Source: Octopus vulgaris
Taxonomy: Eukaryota
Length of the DNA stretch: 64,000 nt
Direction: 5' to 3'
Assembly: GCA_951406725.2 (NCBI GenBank)
Contig: OX597821.1
Location: forward strand, 48,918,001-48,982,000
The notes below the pieces were generated by a model, which was not told the DNA's origin, searched no databases, and worked only from the letters and a program-made list of their open reading frames with translations. Below, one piece after another: positions 1 through 13,180 of the stretch (positions within the stretch are counted from its first letter, which is position 1; each line of letters starts with the position of its first letter). A program made the translations under genes and the position numbers.

Positions 1-1060
1 AATTGTTGGGTACTGGACGAGTGCGTGCGGAACGTTTTCATCACTCTGTTCACTTCTTGGGCTGCTCCTACTGACGACACCCGTGCCTGTGGAGTTTATC
101 CCGAACCAGCAACGCACCCAGGTAGCATTGCCAGGCCAGGGATTTCTGAAAGTTTTCCTTAGGCTTCGGCCCGAAAGTTTTCCGGAAATGATCGGCTAGT
201 TGGTCCTCATTGAAGCCCAGAGTTTCCCCAAGGACGTCGTCGCACCTATCCTCTACTAACCCCTTATAGAACGCCAAGGTAGAATTTTCCACGACCACAT
301 TGCCCAGCACTCAAGGTGCTACTCAAGGTGCCACTCGCCCTCCCTCGGTCTCAGCTTGACCCAGGATTCTAGCTCCGTTAAGGAGACGAGTTGAGGAAAG
401 CGCGTCTGACGAAAGGTGACCACACCTGCTCACCGTGAAGGAAACACTGCAGCCTCAGCGCATGCCTGCGCATCAGCGACCACGGCATGCCCAGCCCTCC
501 GTTCAGCGGCTGTTGACAGCAGATGGACCGCCTGACAAGAAGAATGCGCCCGTTCTACAGAAAGCGAAAGAGTATACGCTCCAACTTGTTCAGGCATAAC
601 TTGGGGCAAGGCACATCGGTCAGACGGTAATAGATGATGGTTGCGATATAAGTATTCGCCACCTCCGTCAGACCTTTCAGAGACAGTTTCCTCTCAGCCA
701 AGTACCCTGATCGTCACTTCGTTTCAGTTCTTGTACATCTGGAAGTCTGGACCGAACCAGACCCCGAATAGCACCCTACGACACTGTTGGACGGCATAGA
801 CCTGCTTTTCCAGATACCGAGTTGCAGGCCTACTGTTTTGTTTGGTTTAATCTTCGTTCCTGTCAGCGCTTCATTTTCTTTTAGAGCAGTGCCGATCGCC
901 TCGATGTGCGTAGCATCTGACACGGCTACGTTTACATCGTCTGTATACGCCGACACGCTTCTCTCGCACCCTAGCTCTCGCAGGAAAACGCACAACGCCT
1001 CGATTTTCCGTAGGAGTGGCTCTAAGTTCTACGCACAAGAGCGTGCAGCCTTAGCATACC
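1..1060 (-). mobile_element. Degenerate Tx1/L1-like non-LTR retrotransposon RT fragment
   Basis: ORF pieces SAYTDDVNVAVSD (YxDD), KTVGLQLG.W and W......L.VRDKL..HG. Multiple frameshifts. Confidence 0.7.
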
Positions 1061-1075
1061 AAGATAATCTCATGG

Positions 1076-2344
1076 AATATGGCTAAATGAGGTTCATTTC
1101 TCAACATAGTCTCCCTTGCAGTTCATTCACTTCTTCCGTCGGTGTTACAATGCTTGAATCCAATTAGTGAAGCAGCCATTGGAACCAACGAATTGTGTGT
1201 TGGAACATTGTCCTGATAAAACAAGATCAATTTCGTCAGTTTTCTTCGGCGTTTGGTGTTAATAGCCTTTCGTAACTGCTTCAGCAAGCCTCCACAGTAC
1301 TCTCCATTGATGGTGTGGTCCTTTTGAAGAAAGTTAATTAAAGCAATGAATTTTGCCATCCCAAAAACTAAGGCCATCACCTTCCCTGCAGATGAACCCA
1401 CCTTGACCTTCTTTGGAGCAGGTGATGAGGGGGTGTTTCCTCTGTATGGATTGTATCTTTGTCTCTGGCTCAGTGATGAACCCAACACGCATCTTGGTTT
1501 AAGAAACTTTCAAGGAAACCAGCTGGAACTGCCTCAAACAATGTCACATTTTCCCGTGATATGATCAGTCTGGGACGCTTTTGATGGTTAAACTAACGCG
1601 TTTGACCCGAGCAATAAAAAAAAAACAAAAGAAAAATAGTATAATAGGTGTAAAACAACTTGCTCTACACGAATATGGAAAAAAATGCGCAATCGCGAAC
1701 GGGGGTGGGAGAGAGGCCTCGGAAAATTCACATCGTGAATGTTCCGAATCGCCTCGGGTCAACTGCTTTAGTTTAACCCTTTTGATAAGGTGTTAGAAGA
1801 TGTAGCACCCATCGTGCAGAGATCTGCATCATGCCATGCTCATTGTGCAGAATAATCTCAACTCTCTTCTGGGATGTGCTATTAGCATTGGCTATTTGAT
1901 ATATAGCCAATCGCCCGTCATCCAACACCATGTGATAAACACGACCAATGTTTTTCTCGGTGGTGACAGTTGCAGGACGTCTAGACCTTGGATCATTTTC
2001 AAGACTCTCCCTTCCCTTCCTAAATTCAGTTTCCCACTTTTACACTGTTGAAGCTGAATGGTCATTGTCTAATGTAGCAATCATATCAGCATGAATGTCC
2101 TTGGGGGCTAAACCCATTTTCTGCGGGTACTTGATAATATCACGATACCAAATTTTGTTGATTTTCAAAAGAAGTCGCTAGTAGATAGTCCTAAGGTTTT
2201 CTTTGAACAATCGGATGTCCGTTTACTTGGAAAGAAACAATGCAGTTATTAATAAGATGGGTTGAAATTAATGCAGACAATTTTTCACAGCACCAGCATC
2301 ACCCTTTCATAGTCATCTCAGAAACTTTTCAGCCCACCCTCGTA
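1076..2344 (-). mobile_element. Degenerate mariner (DD34D-type) transposon interrupted by a MITE
   Basis: KVMA.VF..., TING.Y...L..LR..I..KR, FxQDN and a GDYVEK*-like C-terminus. TIR-like TACGAGGGTGGGCTGAAAAGTT ends at 2344. Confidence 0.8.
1586..1778. mobile_element. MITE-like insertion (~190 bp) with imperfect ~25-bp TIRs
   Basis: GGTTAAACTAACGCGTTTGACCCGAG ... CTCGGGTCAACTGCTTTAGTTTAACC. Lies between two mariner segments. Confidence 0.6.
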
Positions 2345-2426
2345 AACACTCACGAGTCTACATATGCATGCTTGTACATTTATATTCATTTTCTAGTTTT
2401 CTATGCATAAGTACACACATACACGC

Positions 2427-2513
<87 letters not shown>

Positions 2514-2906
2514 TATGCATACACACACACATATACATATATACATATATGCACACACACGCACATTACATACACGCGTACGCACACATGTACCTATACA
2601 GCCATCTATAAACACATGACCCTAGTTTTTATTGCTTTATGTAGCATATAGATAAAAAACATATCAAGTGACGTTACAATAAAATGGTTGAAAGCCGCAG
2701 GCTTCACTATTTTATTATTTATGAGATGAACATTAGTATAATAAGAGTGCATAATTACGAGGTCTATTATATAGAGTAACAAATTGCTCAACCAAAGCTT
2801 ACAGCCTTAGATAGCATACACTACTATGTTTGGGGATACATATATATAGTTACGGGAAGCTGTTAGAAGTAGAGTAGGTGGCAGAGTGCTTCTACAAACA
2901 TATCTA

Positions 2907-3120
2907 AGGCGGCAAGCTGGTAGAATGGTTAGCACGCTAAACAAAATGCTTAACAGCATTTCGTCTGTCTCTATGTTTTGAGTTCAAATTCCACCGACGT
3001 CAACTTTGTTTTTCATCCTTTCTGGGTCGATAAAATAAATACCGGTTGAATACAGGTCGATGTAATCGACTGGACCCGTCTCCTGAAATTGCTAGCCATG
3101 TGCCAAAATTTGAAACCAAT
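2907..3120 (+). mobile_element. tRNA-derived SINE family A (GGCGGCGAGCTGGCAGAATCGTTAGC head)
   Basis: A/B-box-like head and GAGTTCAAATTCC. Related copies at ~50260-50452, 59575-59790 and 59817-60078. Confidence 0.75.
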
Positions 3121-3393
3121 ATTATGTAAACATTTCAATCTGAGTTCATCCGATTTATTGAGGACACTACCTGGACATTTAAGAGTGACCCATACCTCTC
3201 ATTTGAATATGGTATTGCTACTTTTTTTTATATTATGTTCCAGGTAATGTGGGATCCAATGTTTTTATCTTCCACTTCCCAAATTATTTTCTGCGAGTGA
3301 CGTAACGTGAGCCTTACTCCGATTCTTTAATCGTAGTAAAGCTATCCTTGAATTTGTGTGTGTGCGTGCGTGCGTGCGTGCGTGTGTGTGTGT

Positions 3394-3395
3394 TT

Positions 3396-3435
<40 letters not shown>

Positions 3436-5943
3436 ATTTGGCTCAAAAGCAAATAGCAAGGCCATGTAGGGGGACATGGAGTTAAGTACAGGGTGGTGTT
3501 CATGTAAAGAGTTCAGGCCACTTGAGGTCAAGGAGGCTTTGAACAAAGCGGTCGTCGGCATCTTCACCATCTCGTCTGGCAGCTTGTTCCACGGATCCGC
3601 AACCCGGACGGAGAAAGCTCCTCTCCTTCGATTGAGATGAAATCGTCGCAGGTAGAGCTTTTCGGAATGACCCCGCAGCCGACGCTCTGGAGCAGGAGTG
3701 AAGAACAGCTCTTTCGAGAGGTTACACTTTCCGCTTATGATGTTGTGGGCGAGAATGAGATCACCACGGCGGCGGCGTTTTTCAAGAGAATAAAGGTCGA
3801 GCGTCCTCAGCCTTTCTTCGTAGGACAAATTTTTGAGACCATGAACCATGCGGGTAGCCAGCTTCTGGACTCTTTCGAGATGCTGTATGTCTTTGAGGAG
3901 ATAAGGAGAAGAGGCTTGAATCCCATACTCCAATATGGGTCTCACCAGCGTGACATAGAGTGGTAGGAATATGGCTGCTGTGAGCATTCCGAATGACCGT
4001 CGAATCAAGAACAGAATTCCGCGTGCTTTGTTGGCAGCATGGACGCACTGGGCCGAAGGCGAAAAGGAGGAATCCACCAAGATACCTAGGTCCTTTACCT
4101 GATCGGTCCTCTCCAGCAGCAGACGACCCGGCTCGAAATCAAGTTGAGTTGCAGGAGTAGAGCCGACAGGCAGATGACAGCACTTTGACACGTTCAGACA
4201 CAGGTCCCAATTGTTAGACCACTTCCAAATTTGGTGGAGGCATCGACGAAGATCCTCTATATTACCGCGAGGAGCGACCAGTTTGATATCGTCGGCAAAT
4301 AGAAGGGTGTGTTGCGTGAGGTCGTCGGGCAAGTCATTTATGAAGACTAAGAACAACAAGGGCCCAAGCACTGAACCTTGAGGCACGCCACTGCTCGCAC
4401 TGGAGACGTCGGACCGCGAACCATTAACTTGGACTTGGAAGGAGCGATCTGAGAGGAAGGAACCAACCCATCGTACAATATCCGGATGGAAACTATATGC
4501 TTGAAGCTTGACAAGCAATAGGCGGTGGTTTACCGAGTCAAAAGCTTTGGCAAAGTCCAGTAAAACGATGTCAACAGCATCACTATCATCGAGGATGCGC
4601 GTCACCAATTCTTCCATTACTAGTAGGTTGGTCAAGCATGATCTCTTCGGCACGAAGCCGTGTTGGGAATCAGAGATAGAGGCTGTGTTTAGGAGGTGGA
4701 GCATCATACTTTTCTTAAGGATGGTTTCGAACATCTTGCTGATAATTGATGTAAGGGAAACCGGTCGGTAGTTAAGCGGGTCTTCGCGGCTCCCTTTCTT
4801 GAAAATTGGGCAGATTATCGCTGTTCTCCAGTCTGCAGGTATAACACCCGTCGCCAATGACATATTGAATAGTCGTGTTAAGGGCTCGCAAATGACCGGA
4901 GCCAACGCTTTGATAACCCGTGGGTGTATGCCGTCAGGGCCGTGACCTTTGTTGACATCGAGGCCTTGAATAACACGTTTGACTTCGTCCCGCGTGATGA
5001 CCAATCGAAGCATTGGAGGTACCGATCTATCAAATGGAGGGGTTTCACGACCATCATCTTGTTTGAAAATAGTTGAAAAAGCCTCGGCAAATAATTGACT
5101 CTGTTGATAAGGGTCCTCAATCGATACGCCTGTTGAGTCTACCAACGTTGCAATCTGGTTGTTCAAGCGGGAATTCCGCTGGACATGGGCAAAGAAGGTT
5201 TTTGGATTGCTACTGGCATTTGCCGCGATTTTGTATTCGTAACTGAAGCGTTCTTTCTTTTCAATTTTCACGGCTCGGTCTCGTTGAGTTTTGTACACCT
5301 CAAAAGCTGCAGTCGAATCCAGATTTTTGAATTCAGCCCAATCAATATCTCTGAGTCGACGTTCTCGTTTAACCCTCTTCGTCACCCAGGGCTTGTGTTT
5401 CTTCCTCTTGGGAAGCCCAACGGGAACTGCCTGGTCAGTCAAACAGATTACATATGCTTTGAGGGATGACCATAGTTCGTCAACTGAGGACAACGTCATC
5501 AGGGATCGCCAGTCCAGAAGCGCGGAAGCCTCGGTTAGAATTTCAAGATTAATTGCAGAGAAGACTCTACGTGGCAGCGAAGTAGTCGTGGGCGTAGAAA
5601 AAGTTGTGTGCATGACGAACTTCAGGACCGCATGATCACTCTTGGCAAGAGGGGCGCACACAGATACGTCTGACACTGATCTTGGATAGCGGGAGAATAC
5701 CAGATCTAGCATAGATGGCTGCTGCCCAGACCGATGCCTTGTCGGATATTCAACATGTTGCGATAGAAAACAATCTTCAGCCACGTCAAGAAGGGCCTGG
5801 CCGAACCGGGAAGATGTTGTACAAATTGATGCGGGCCAATCGATCGTGGGAGCGTTGAAGTCTCCTAGTACCAAACAGTCATGCGAAGCTGAAACTAATC
5901 TTATCGCTTCGAGTAGATGAGCATCGTATGTGCCATCTCTCAC
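3394..5943 (-). mobile_element. Young 5'-truncated CR1-clade LINE with (CTAA)n tail
   Basis: 836-aa ORF plus a 3' microsatellite tail (GTTA)n on the + strand at 3394-3435, typical of CR1. Confidence 0.93.
3433..5943 (-). CDS. CR1 ORF2: C-terminal APE endonuclease plus reverse transcriptase
   Basis: GDFN, SDH, NYRPVSLTS, QHGF, LDFAKAFDSV, GVPQGSVLGP, FADD and RRRRGDLI motifs. A 1-nt frameshift near 3530 replaces the expected LDLKWPELF end. Confidence 0.92.
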
Positions 5944-6190
5944 ACTTTCCTCAGTTCCTCCGCTTTGTCACCGAGCCCGACCTTCATTCCTTCCTACACG
6001 TGCTTCCTCCTCTTTTTCCTCTTCTTTACCTTCTCCTCTGCATATCCGACGAAGGGCTACGTCCGAAATATCATATTTTTACCCTTAATTTTTCTTTTAG
6101 AACGTTTTCCGTCCAGTGTCAAACAAATAATATTCACTGTGAACACCACATGGACGTTTTTATACACACAGGCTACTTCTATTTCTCGCA
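5944..6190 (+). mobile_element. PLE terminal-repeat (pLTR) fragment with hammerhead motif
   Basis: Pyrimidine tract followed by ATAT-CCGACGA-AGGGC-TAC-GTCC-GAAAT-ATC-ATAT (6042-6076). Similar to the 13.2 kb and 61.9 kb repeats. Confidence 0.6.
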
Positions 6191-6828
6191 CAGTTACCTA
6201 TTATCCAATTTCTTCTATTAAACTAACAGAACAGACCTAAGAACAATACAAGAAACGCACAGGATTATAGACGATCAATGTTTTCTTATGAAGAATAGCG
6301 GTAAAGGTGTTAGTTTTGACTGTCTATCTTGTTGAATCGGATGTGGAGGGTCAACAGACGTTGTTATCAATGGGGGAAGTAACCAATCATTGTTAACTTG
6401 AAATAAATCTGAGTCAGCTTTAGGAAGAGTCGGAAGAAATCGTTAGTTTCCGTTATTCGCTTCATTGTTTGTCTGTTAACATCGTACATGCAAACAGAAG
6501 GCAGGAAAATATGACGGAAAACATACAATATACCAGTATGTCGTTAGAAAAAAAATAGAAACCAAATCGTTGACTTTTAGTTATACATTTGTTATTGGCG
6601 TTTGCTAGTGTCTCTGTTTTGTGCGCGCGTACGGACGTGTATTTATGTTTGCTTTTGTTGTCTTGCCTTCATTTTGACGAGGCGACTAAAACACGAATTC
6701 GTTTAAACAAACTTTACAAAGTATGTGTATATATATGTTGTTGCTGAGAGTACGCATGCACATATGCGCGCGCACACACACATACATATGAAGAAAAAGA
6801 AAGAAAGAAAGAAAGAATGAGAAAATTA

Positions 6829-6838
6829 GATAGATAGT

Positions 6839-6893
<55 letters not shown>

Positions 6894-6918
6894 GTAGGTA
6901 GGTAGGTAGGTAGGTAGG

Positions 6919-7008
<90 letters not shown>
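6829..7008 (+). repeat. (GATA)n/(GGTA)n microsatellite
   Basis: Direct tetranucleotide tandem repeat. Confidence 0.97.
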
Positions 7009-7009
7009 T

Positions 7010-7460
7010 GCTGGAGATGAAAAAGAGCTTTGACCTGGTTACAATATTCGTAAAGGATATAGGGATGAGTTTGGTCGGGATAAATGTTGCTATATGGTTA
7101 TGAAAAGAGAGAAAACTGTAAATCAGACTAGCAACATCTCCATCGATGTTTTCCCTGTATCTGACGAGGAATGTTGCAGTTACCTTGAGGTAGGTGAAAA
7201 CATATCTTACACTGACACCACTACAAGATACGTGCCACTAAAGGATATTACAGCCGAATAAAGAAAAATAAACCTCAGAATTCTCTGCATTCAACAGAAT
7301 TGTGTTTGCAGTGTCAGTACTCATACAGACATTTTGGGCTACTTGATTGGATGCTTGATGAGATGCGAGCCATTCATGTGAAAACCCGGAAGATACTAAC
7401 CAGCCCACATAATTTCCACATCATCAGTGACATAGACCGCCTCTACGTTAAACGAAAATA
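7010..7460 (+). mobile_element. Degenerate R4/Dong-like LINE RT fragment
   Basis: [17 protein letters not shown] and SDIDRLYVKRK resemble the R4/Dong DIGM.FG.DKC and D.DRLY..R..GG motifs. Confidence 0.55.
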
Positions 7461-7983
7461 AAGGATTCTTTATTTTACTTGCATCTAAAAGAATAATTGT
7501 TTGGTTATATCTTGGAATGTTGTAAACAACATTCCTGTTTTCACTGACTTCTATTGTTACTCCACAAATGTTTACATTTCAGTCGAGTCAATGTTCATTT
7601 GGTCAACACTACTAACATCCACCCATCATCTTTATTATCACCATCATCATTATAATTCACCGTTTCTATAGAACGTGTTTGAATTAATAAAATTCTTTTC
7701 TCTGACTTTTCTCTAAATTTCACTTGAGTTATGTAGTTTTTAGAAGGGGAATATGAGAATATTATAAACGTTTTCTGAACATATGTTGCCAGATGGTTGC
7801 TTAAAGGTATTTGACGGACATCAGAATCCCTAATTTGCTGTCGGTGCATACGTGAATGTTCCGTATATCTCTTCGCAATTCGGACATTGCTTTTTGTAGT
7901 TCATATTTGCATTTGTAAATATTCTTGTTTCTGTATTCATATATTGACCGGTATGTATGATCTGACATGTACCACATCGATTA

Positions 7984-8560
7984 CACTGGTCAACAAAATG
8001 AGACTTTTTTAATCATCAGAGTTGCTGATTGACTTTTCTGGGTTAATTTTTTTATGCTTATTACGAGTCTGAAGTCCGATTTCCTTTATCAGGTTGCATT
8101 TTCATGTTAATGATACCTGCTGTTTTAACTTATAAGATACGTAAAGCATGTCTATATAAGGTATATTGAATACAAGATACGATAATTTCATGGTTTTTTA
8201 TTGTACAAAATTAAAATTATTGTGTACAAATAAGTTAGAATATATTCAAATGCATAACAACTTAAAATCTTTGGGATTTGGACTTTCTATTGTCTCAGGT
8301 TCATCCCTGTATGACATCCAACAGTAGTCATCTAACATTCCTGCATTCCCAAATCCTTGATAACGTTGTTCCATCGATGCAATATCTTGAAAGTTTTCCC
8401 CTTGCTCATCAGACATTGCTCCAAGGTTCTCTGTAAAAAAGTCCAGGTGTGAATCAAGGAAATGGACTTTGAGTGACATCCGACAGCCCATTCCAGCATA
8501 GGAGCCTAGAAGACATTTCACTCAATTTCAAAACTCTAGAGATCTCTTGTTGCCTTGGAA
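7984..8560 (-). mobile_element. Chapaev3-like (CMC) DNA transposon 3' fragment
   Basis: ORF 8246..8521 MSLKVHFLDSHLDFFTENLGAMSDEQGE.FQDIASMEQRYQG...DYCW. CAC-type terminus at 7984. Family assigned from motif recall. Confidence 0.65.
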
Positions 8561-8569
8561 ATTGTTTAG

Positions 8570-10280
8570 ACCGTGGGTAGGGCATGCTGGACTACCTATA
8601 ATCGGTCTGAGTTTTAGGTCTTTCGGGTGTAGTAATTTTATGTACTCACTTTCTTGTTTCTTTACTGCATGTTGAATTTCTTTTGACTTACGCATTTTGG
8701 TTCGAAATTGGTGATGTAATCTCTTTCGTTATTGGTAAGGGAGTTGTAATGTTTTGAAACCAGGTTATTGACCTTTGTCATGATGTGGTGGTCTATATTT
8801 GAAGGTATTTCACAGCAAAATTTTGTGTCCTTCAATTAGTCCTCAACTGAATCCCTGTAACATCCATTATAACAATTGCACCCCATTTATTTGCTTGTTT
8901 AATGATTATTGTGTTACCGTTTTGTAGGCGTTTAAGTGCAGATATCTCTGATTTGTTAATATTTGGCCTAACATTAGTAATGCGTCTAAGACGAAATTTA
9001 GACAGAAAATCAATGTATTGGTCGAGACAGTTCTTTTTTCCTTCTGGCAGGGTGAATTTTGATTTATTCCTTACTAGGGATTCACCAATATCACTACTTT
9101 TAGTAGCAAAGAATTCAACAAGTCGTAATTTCCGTCAGAATTTTTTGGATATCCTCCTCCAAATTTTGGTAGTTGACTTGGTGTATGTGTGAATTTTAGC
9201 CCTTCCCCAAAAAGTTGGCGTTCATCACTGTTTAAATCTCTTTTAGATAAATTAATTGTTTTAGGATCAATACGTTCAGTTTTTTTTGGTCCGTCTTGGT
9301 TTTTCTCTTTTTCTGGTGATGTTTCACTTGGTTTTATTATGTTTTCTATCCTGTTTTGTATATTGTTTTTCATTTTATTGCTAGTACTATTACTAACAAT
9401 CTGGGGAAATAATCTAGGTTCACTTCGGGATCTAGACCGTCTTTTTTTTTTTAAACCCAGTTCCTTATAGGTAGCCTTTGTTGAGATCTTGAGAATAATC
9501 CCCTAGTTTTTCTATCCCTAATGGTTTGATCAAAGGAATATCTGTTTTGTTTGTGTTTTTGCGAATGCTATGTGTATTAGGGTGTTCTTGTAATAGTAAC
9601 GAAGAGTTGTTACCGTAGCTAGTCTTTGATTCACGGTGAAACGGGTGTTTTATTTTGCCACTTGTCCTTGTGCCTGTTGTGTTGATGAGGTTGTTCCGTT
9701 CTAATTCTATTTCTTGGTGTCGTGAAGTGGCGTAATTTTCACCATATTTATCAAGAAATGATTGTTTCCGTTGCCATATCTGTCTAGATTTGCTTTCTTT
9801 TCTTGAGACATCCCTGATCTATAGTCCTGGCATTTTTTCAATATATTCTCCATTACACACATTTCATTTACTAATAGCAATTACAAAGATTTATAATTTA
9901 GACAGTCATGCAAGGAATTTCGTATTAGAAATTCGTCTGACAATTGATATATATGTAACATCTTAAACATTAGGGAGGAAACCTTCTCTCTGCATGCTCA
10001 AGCAATATTTCAGACTCTGACATTTCCAAGAGAAACCACTACCCACTCCGCCGATCCTACAAGGATAGTTTTTTTTCTTTAAACGTGAACATTAAATATA
10101 TACATCACACGAACTCCATTCATAGAAGACACTTGTCCTCATGATAAACAGATAAACATACAAACATTACACGTATCCAGGATATAACATAACATAAGCA
10201 AACTTATCATTCAGCACAATATTAAGTTAAACCAAGGGAAATAGTCACTTAAAACGATCATATTTCTATATGGTCGGCTT
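8570..10280 (-). mobile_element. Degenerate Penelope-like element, 5' half
   Basis: INLSKRDLNSDERQLFGEGLKFTHTP, IIKQANK.GAIVIMD and DLKLRPII pieces. Homologous to the 44.3 kb PLE. Confidence 0.8.
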
Positions 10281-10333
10281 GAAATAGTGTTAAGATATTA
10301 AAACCAATGATAGCCTTAATACACAAATTATAT

Positions 10334-10382
<49 letters not shown>

Positions 10383-10592
10383 CGTTTGTATGTATGTATG
10401 TATGAATGTATGTATGTATGTATGTATGTATGTATGTATGTATGTATGTATGTATGTGTGTGTGTGTATTTTTTCAATGTGTACAAATAACACGGAAAAA
10501 ATAAATAAATAGTTACCAGGGTAGCAAATGTTCTTCGAAACATATGTCGGAAGTATAAATATTTGAATAACACCTGCGTGTGACTCTATTTC

Positions 10593-10641
<49 letters not shown>

Positions 10642-10840
10642 TCCATGGGTAACTTAACAGGGTGAGACAAATTGCTGTCAATGTCCCTCGGCCATGATTT
10701 CACACATACTATATACCATTAACCCCAGTTGTGATTCCCATTTCTGTATTTTGTCAATATTCACTTTATAAAAGCATGAATGCTACTACGCAAATCTTAT
10801 TAATATTAGAAACTTCTAATTTAAATATTGTATTTTCCAG

Positions 10841-10887
10841 CTGTGGATAATACCTTTTTAACTCAAGGTGACATATTAATGGATGTG
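10841..10887 (+). CDS. Astacin-CCP-MAM metalloprotease, pro-domain exon (xVDNTFLTQGDILMDV)
   Basis: ttttccag acceptor and GTAAGT donor, phase 1->0. QGDI matches the astacin pro-peptide F(E/Q)GDI aspartate-switch motif. Confidence 0.75.
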
Positions 10888-10924
10888 GTAAGTATACATA
10901 CATTCTTGTTTATATAACATAGGT

Positions 10925-11277
10925 AGAGGCGCATTAGCCCAGTGGTTAGGGTAGCAGACTCGCGGTCGTAGGATCGCAGTTTCGATTCTCAGACCGGGTG
11001 TTGTGTTTTTTGAGCGAGGCTCCGACAGGAGGGGCGAACCCTGCTGTACTTTTTCACCACAACTTTCTCTCACTCATCCTGTTTTTGTTGTACCTATATT
11101 TCAAAGGGCCAGCCTTGTCACACTCTGTATCATGCTGAATCTCCCCGAGAACTACGTTAAGGGTGCACGTGTCTGCGGAGTGCTCAACCACTTACACGTT
11201 AATTTCACAAGCAGGCTGTTCCGTTGATCAGATCAACTGGAACCCTCGTCCGTCGTAACCGACGGAGCGCCACGACG
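10925..11277 (+). mobile_element. tRNA-derived SINE family B
   Basis: GGCGCA.TGGCCCAGTGGTTAGGG...TTCGATTC head. A close second copy lies at 26044-26426. Confidence 0.85.
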
Positions 11278-12794
11278 ATATAACATAAACATATATGTAT
11301 ATTTAGAGTGAGGTTAAAGGGTGTTTTTGTTATATGGAATAAAAGTATATGCATATTTAGCATAGACTCCGATTAACGCAGGTTTTAGTTGTCAACGAAT
11401 GTTACAACCAATATTATAACTAATGTTACATCTATTATTAGAACTAATTAAATGCTACAACTTTTGCTACGAGGTCCAGCTGCTACAGGTAATGTTAAAG
11501 CTAATATTATAGCTGATGCTACAGCTAATGTTACTGCTAAAATTCATTAAGATTGTCCTGGGGAAGAAGAAGCTACTCTTTCTGAACGCATACCGTGTAA
11601 AGGTGAAAGCATCCTCAAGCGCTATACGAAAAATTCCTAAGTGTTTTAACGTAAATATCTTACTTTATCGTATTTTATTTCATTCCGTTTCATTTCCTTG
11701 GAGGATCCGAGGATTCTCAGTACCTGTAAATAAATAAATTCTTTCATTTCTTCTATCTACCCTTATTATTATAATATATGTATAGACGCGCGCGCGCGCA
11801 CACACACAGACACACACACACACATACATACACGCACACACACACACACACATGCATAAATTCGAACCACATATTTACATCAACTATTACACCACAGAAA
11901 TCTGTGAAATCAAATATTGTTTTTCCCTAGTATAAATCTACAGTTCTAACGCCACTGACATTTATAACACCATATTTACTTTACATATGTACTATCAGTC
12001 ACCAGGCCCATAATAGGAAGTCTATTACATAATTGCCTATCTTAGTAAAATATATCATTTCACGAGAATTTACCTCAATAATATGAAGTCGATTCATAAA
12101 TTTCAGGCTAAGACTTCGATATATGTGTCTTATGACATTTTATGTAGAATCTAGAGTTTATTTGATAGCGAAAATGGACGGTCGCCTTGAAACACAGTGA
12201 CCAGTCTATGTGACAGACAGGTGATTTAGTTTCTTGCATATCGATATGCATGTGGGTGTGCGCCTGCTTTGACGATGAGGATTTAGTTGTCCGATAAACT
12301 GAACTACTTTCTCATTGAATTAATGTGCAAGTGGTTGAGAATTTCCAAAGACAGGTGTACCCTTAGCGCAATCCGGAGACAGATTTAGTGTGACACTCTG
12401 TGTGACAAGGATGGAATTTTGGATTTTAGGCACAGTGCATTCGGAAGGATTCTATTCAGTTTCCATCTACCCAATGTTATCTAAAAATCTTGGTTCGATT
12501 TGAAGCTGTGGTCAGAGATGTCAGCCAGTGGAATCGAAATCTGGAACTACATGATTTCAAAGCGAACATATTAACTTCTCACTCTTACCTATACATACAA
12601 ATACATGCATGCGCGTGTCTCTCTGTGTGTGTATGTCAGAGTGAGGCAGAGAGTGCTGACGAAGTTTTGTCTGCGTGCTTTTTTAGCTCTTAACGTCTAC
12701 ACAAGCTGATTTCTCAGAACGATACCGCAGCTTACAGCATTTAAAACAATGCATCTAAGTTAAGTTGGATGTGCAAATTAATGTGTGTGAGTGA

Positions 12795-12849
<55 letters not shown>

Positions 12850-13180
12850 TGTGTGTGTGCGCGTATGTGCGCGTGTGTATTTCGCTTAGGCATTGCGAGA
12901 CTAATAACCCGGTGTAGAACTCAATATACATATGCTTCTGAACGAAGCGTAAGTCGAGTGCAGAGCGGTAATAAGAAAGAGAGATGACAAACGAATAAAC
13001 GATTATCTTTATCCTATTCGAAGGTCCGATGAAGCTATAAGGTCAGTCAACTATGAAGCCATTGCTCCTTATAACAGAAACAACTTCGTAAGATAATCGT
13101 TTAATCCTTTGCCATCCCATTTTCTTATAAACATACACACACACACATATATGCGTGTGTGTAGTCAATGCAAATGAACA

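Noticed and set aside
2358-2651. [12 protein letters not shown] and HTHT ORFs here and throughout the window
   Set aside because: Translations of stop-free (TA)n, (TG)n and (CATA)n microsatellites, with no domain or splice support.
3209-3243. Possible signal-peptide first exon (MVLLLFFILCS, CAG|GTAATG)
   Set aside because: Phase 2 does not match the phase-1 exon at 10841, no bridging exon was found, and a T-rich tract gives hydrophobic codons by chance.
3394-3435. (TTAG)n as an interstitial telomere
   Set aside because: Not TTAGGG or TTAGG. It directly follows the CR1 3' end and is its tail.
3637-6240. + strand ORFs overlapping the CR1
   Set aside because: Antisense shadows of the RT ORF.
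6672-6712. Further hammerhead-like remnants (also ~22870-22900 and ~30975-31010)
   Set aside because: Two or more core mismatches and no convincing stem I or III, so they cannot be told from chance.
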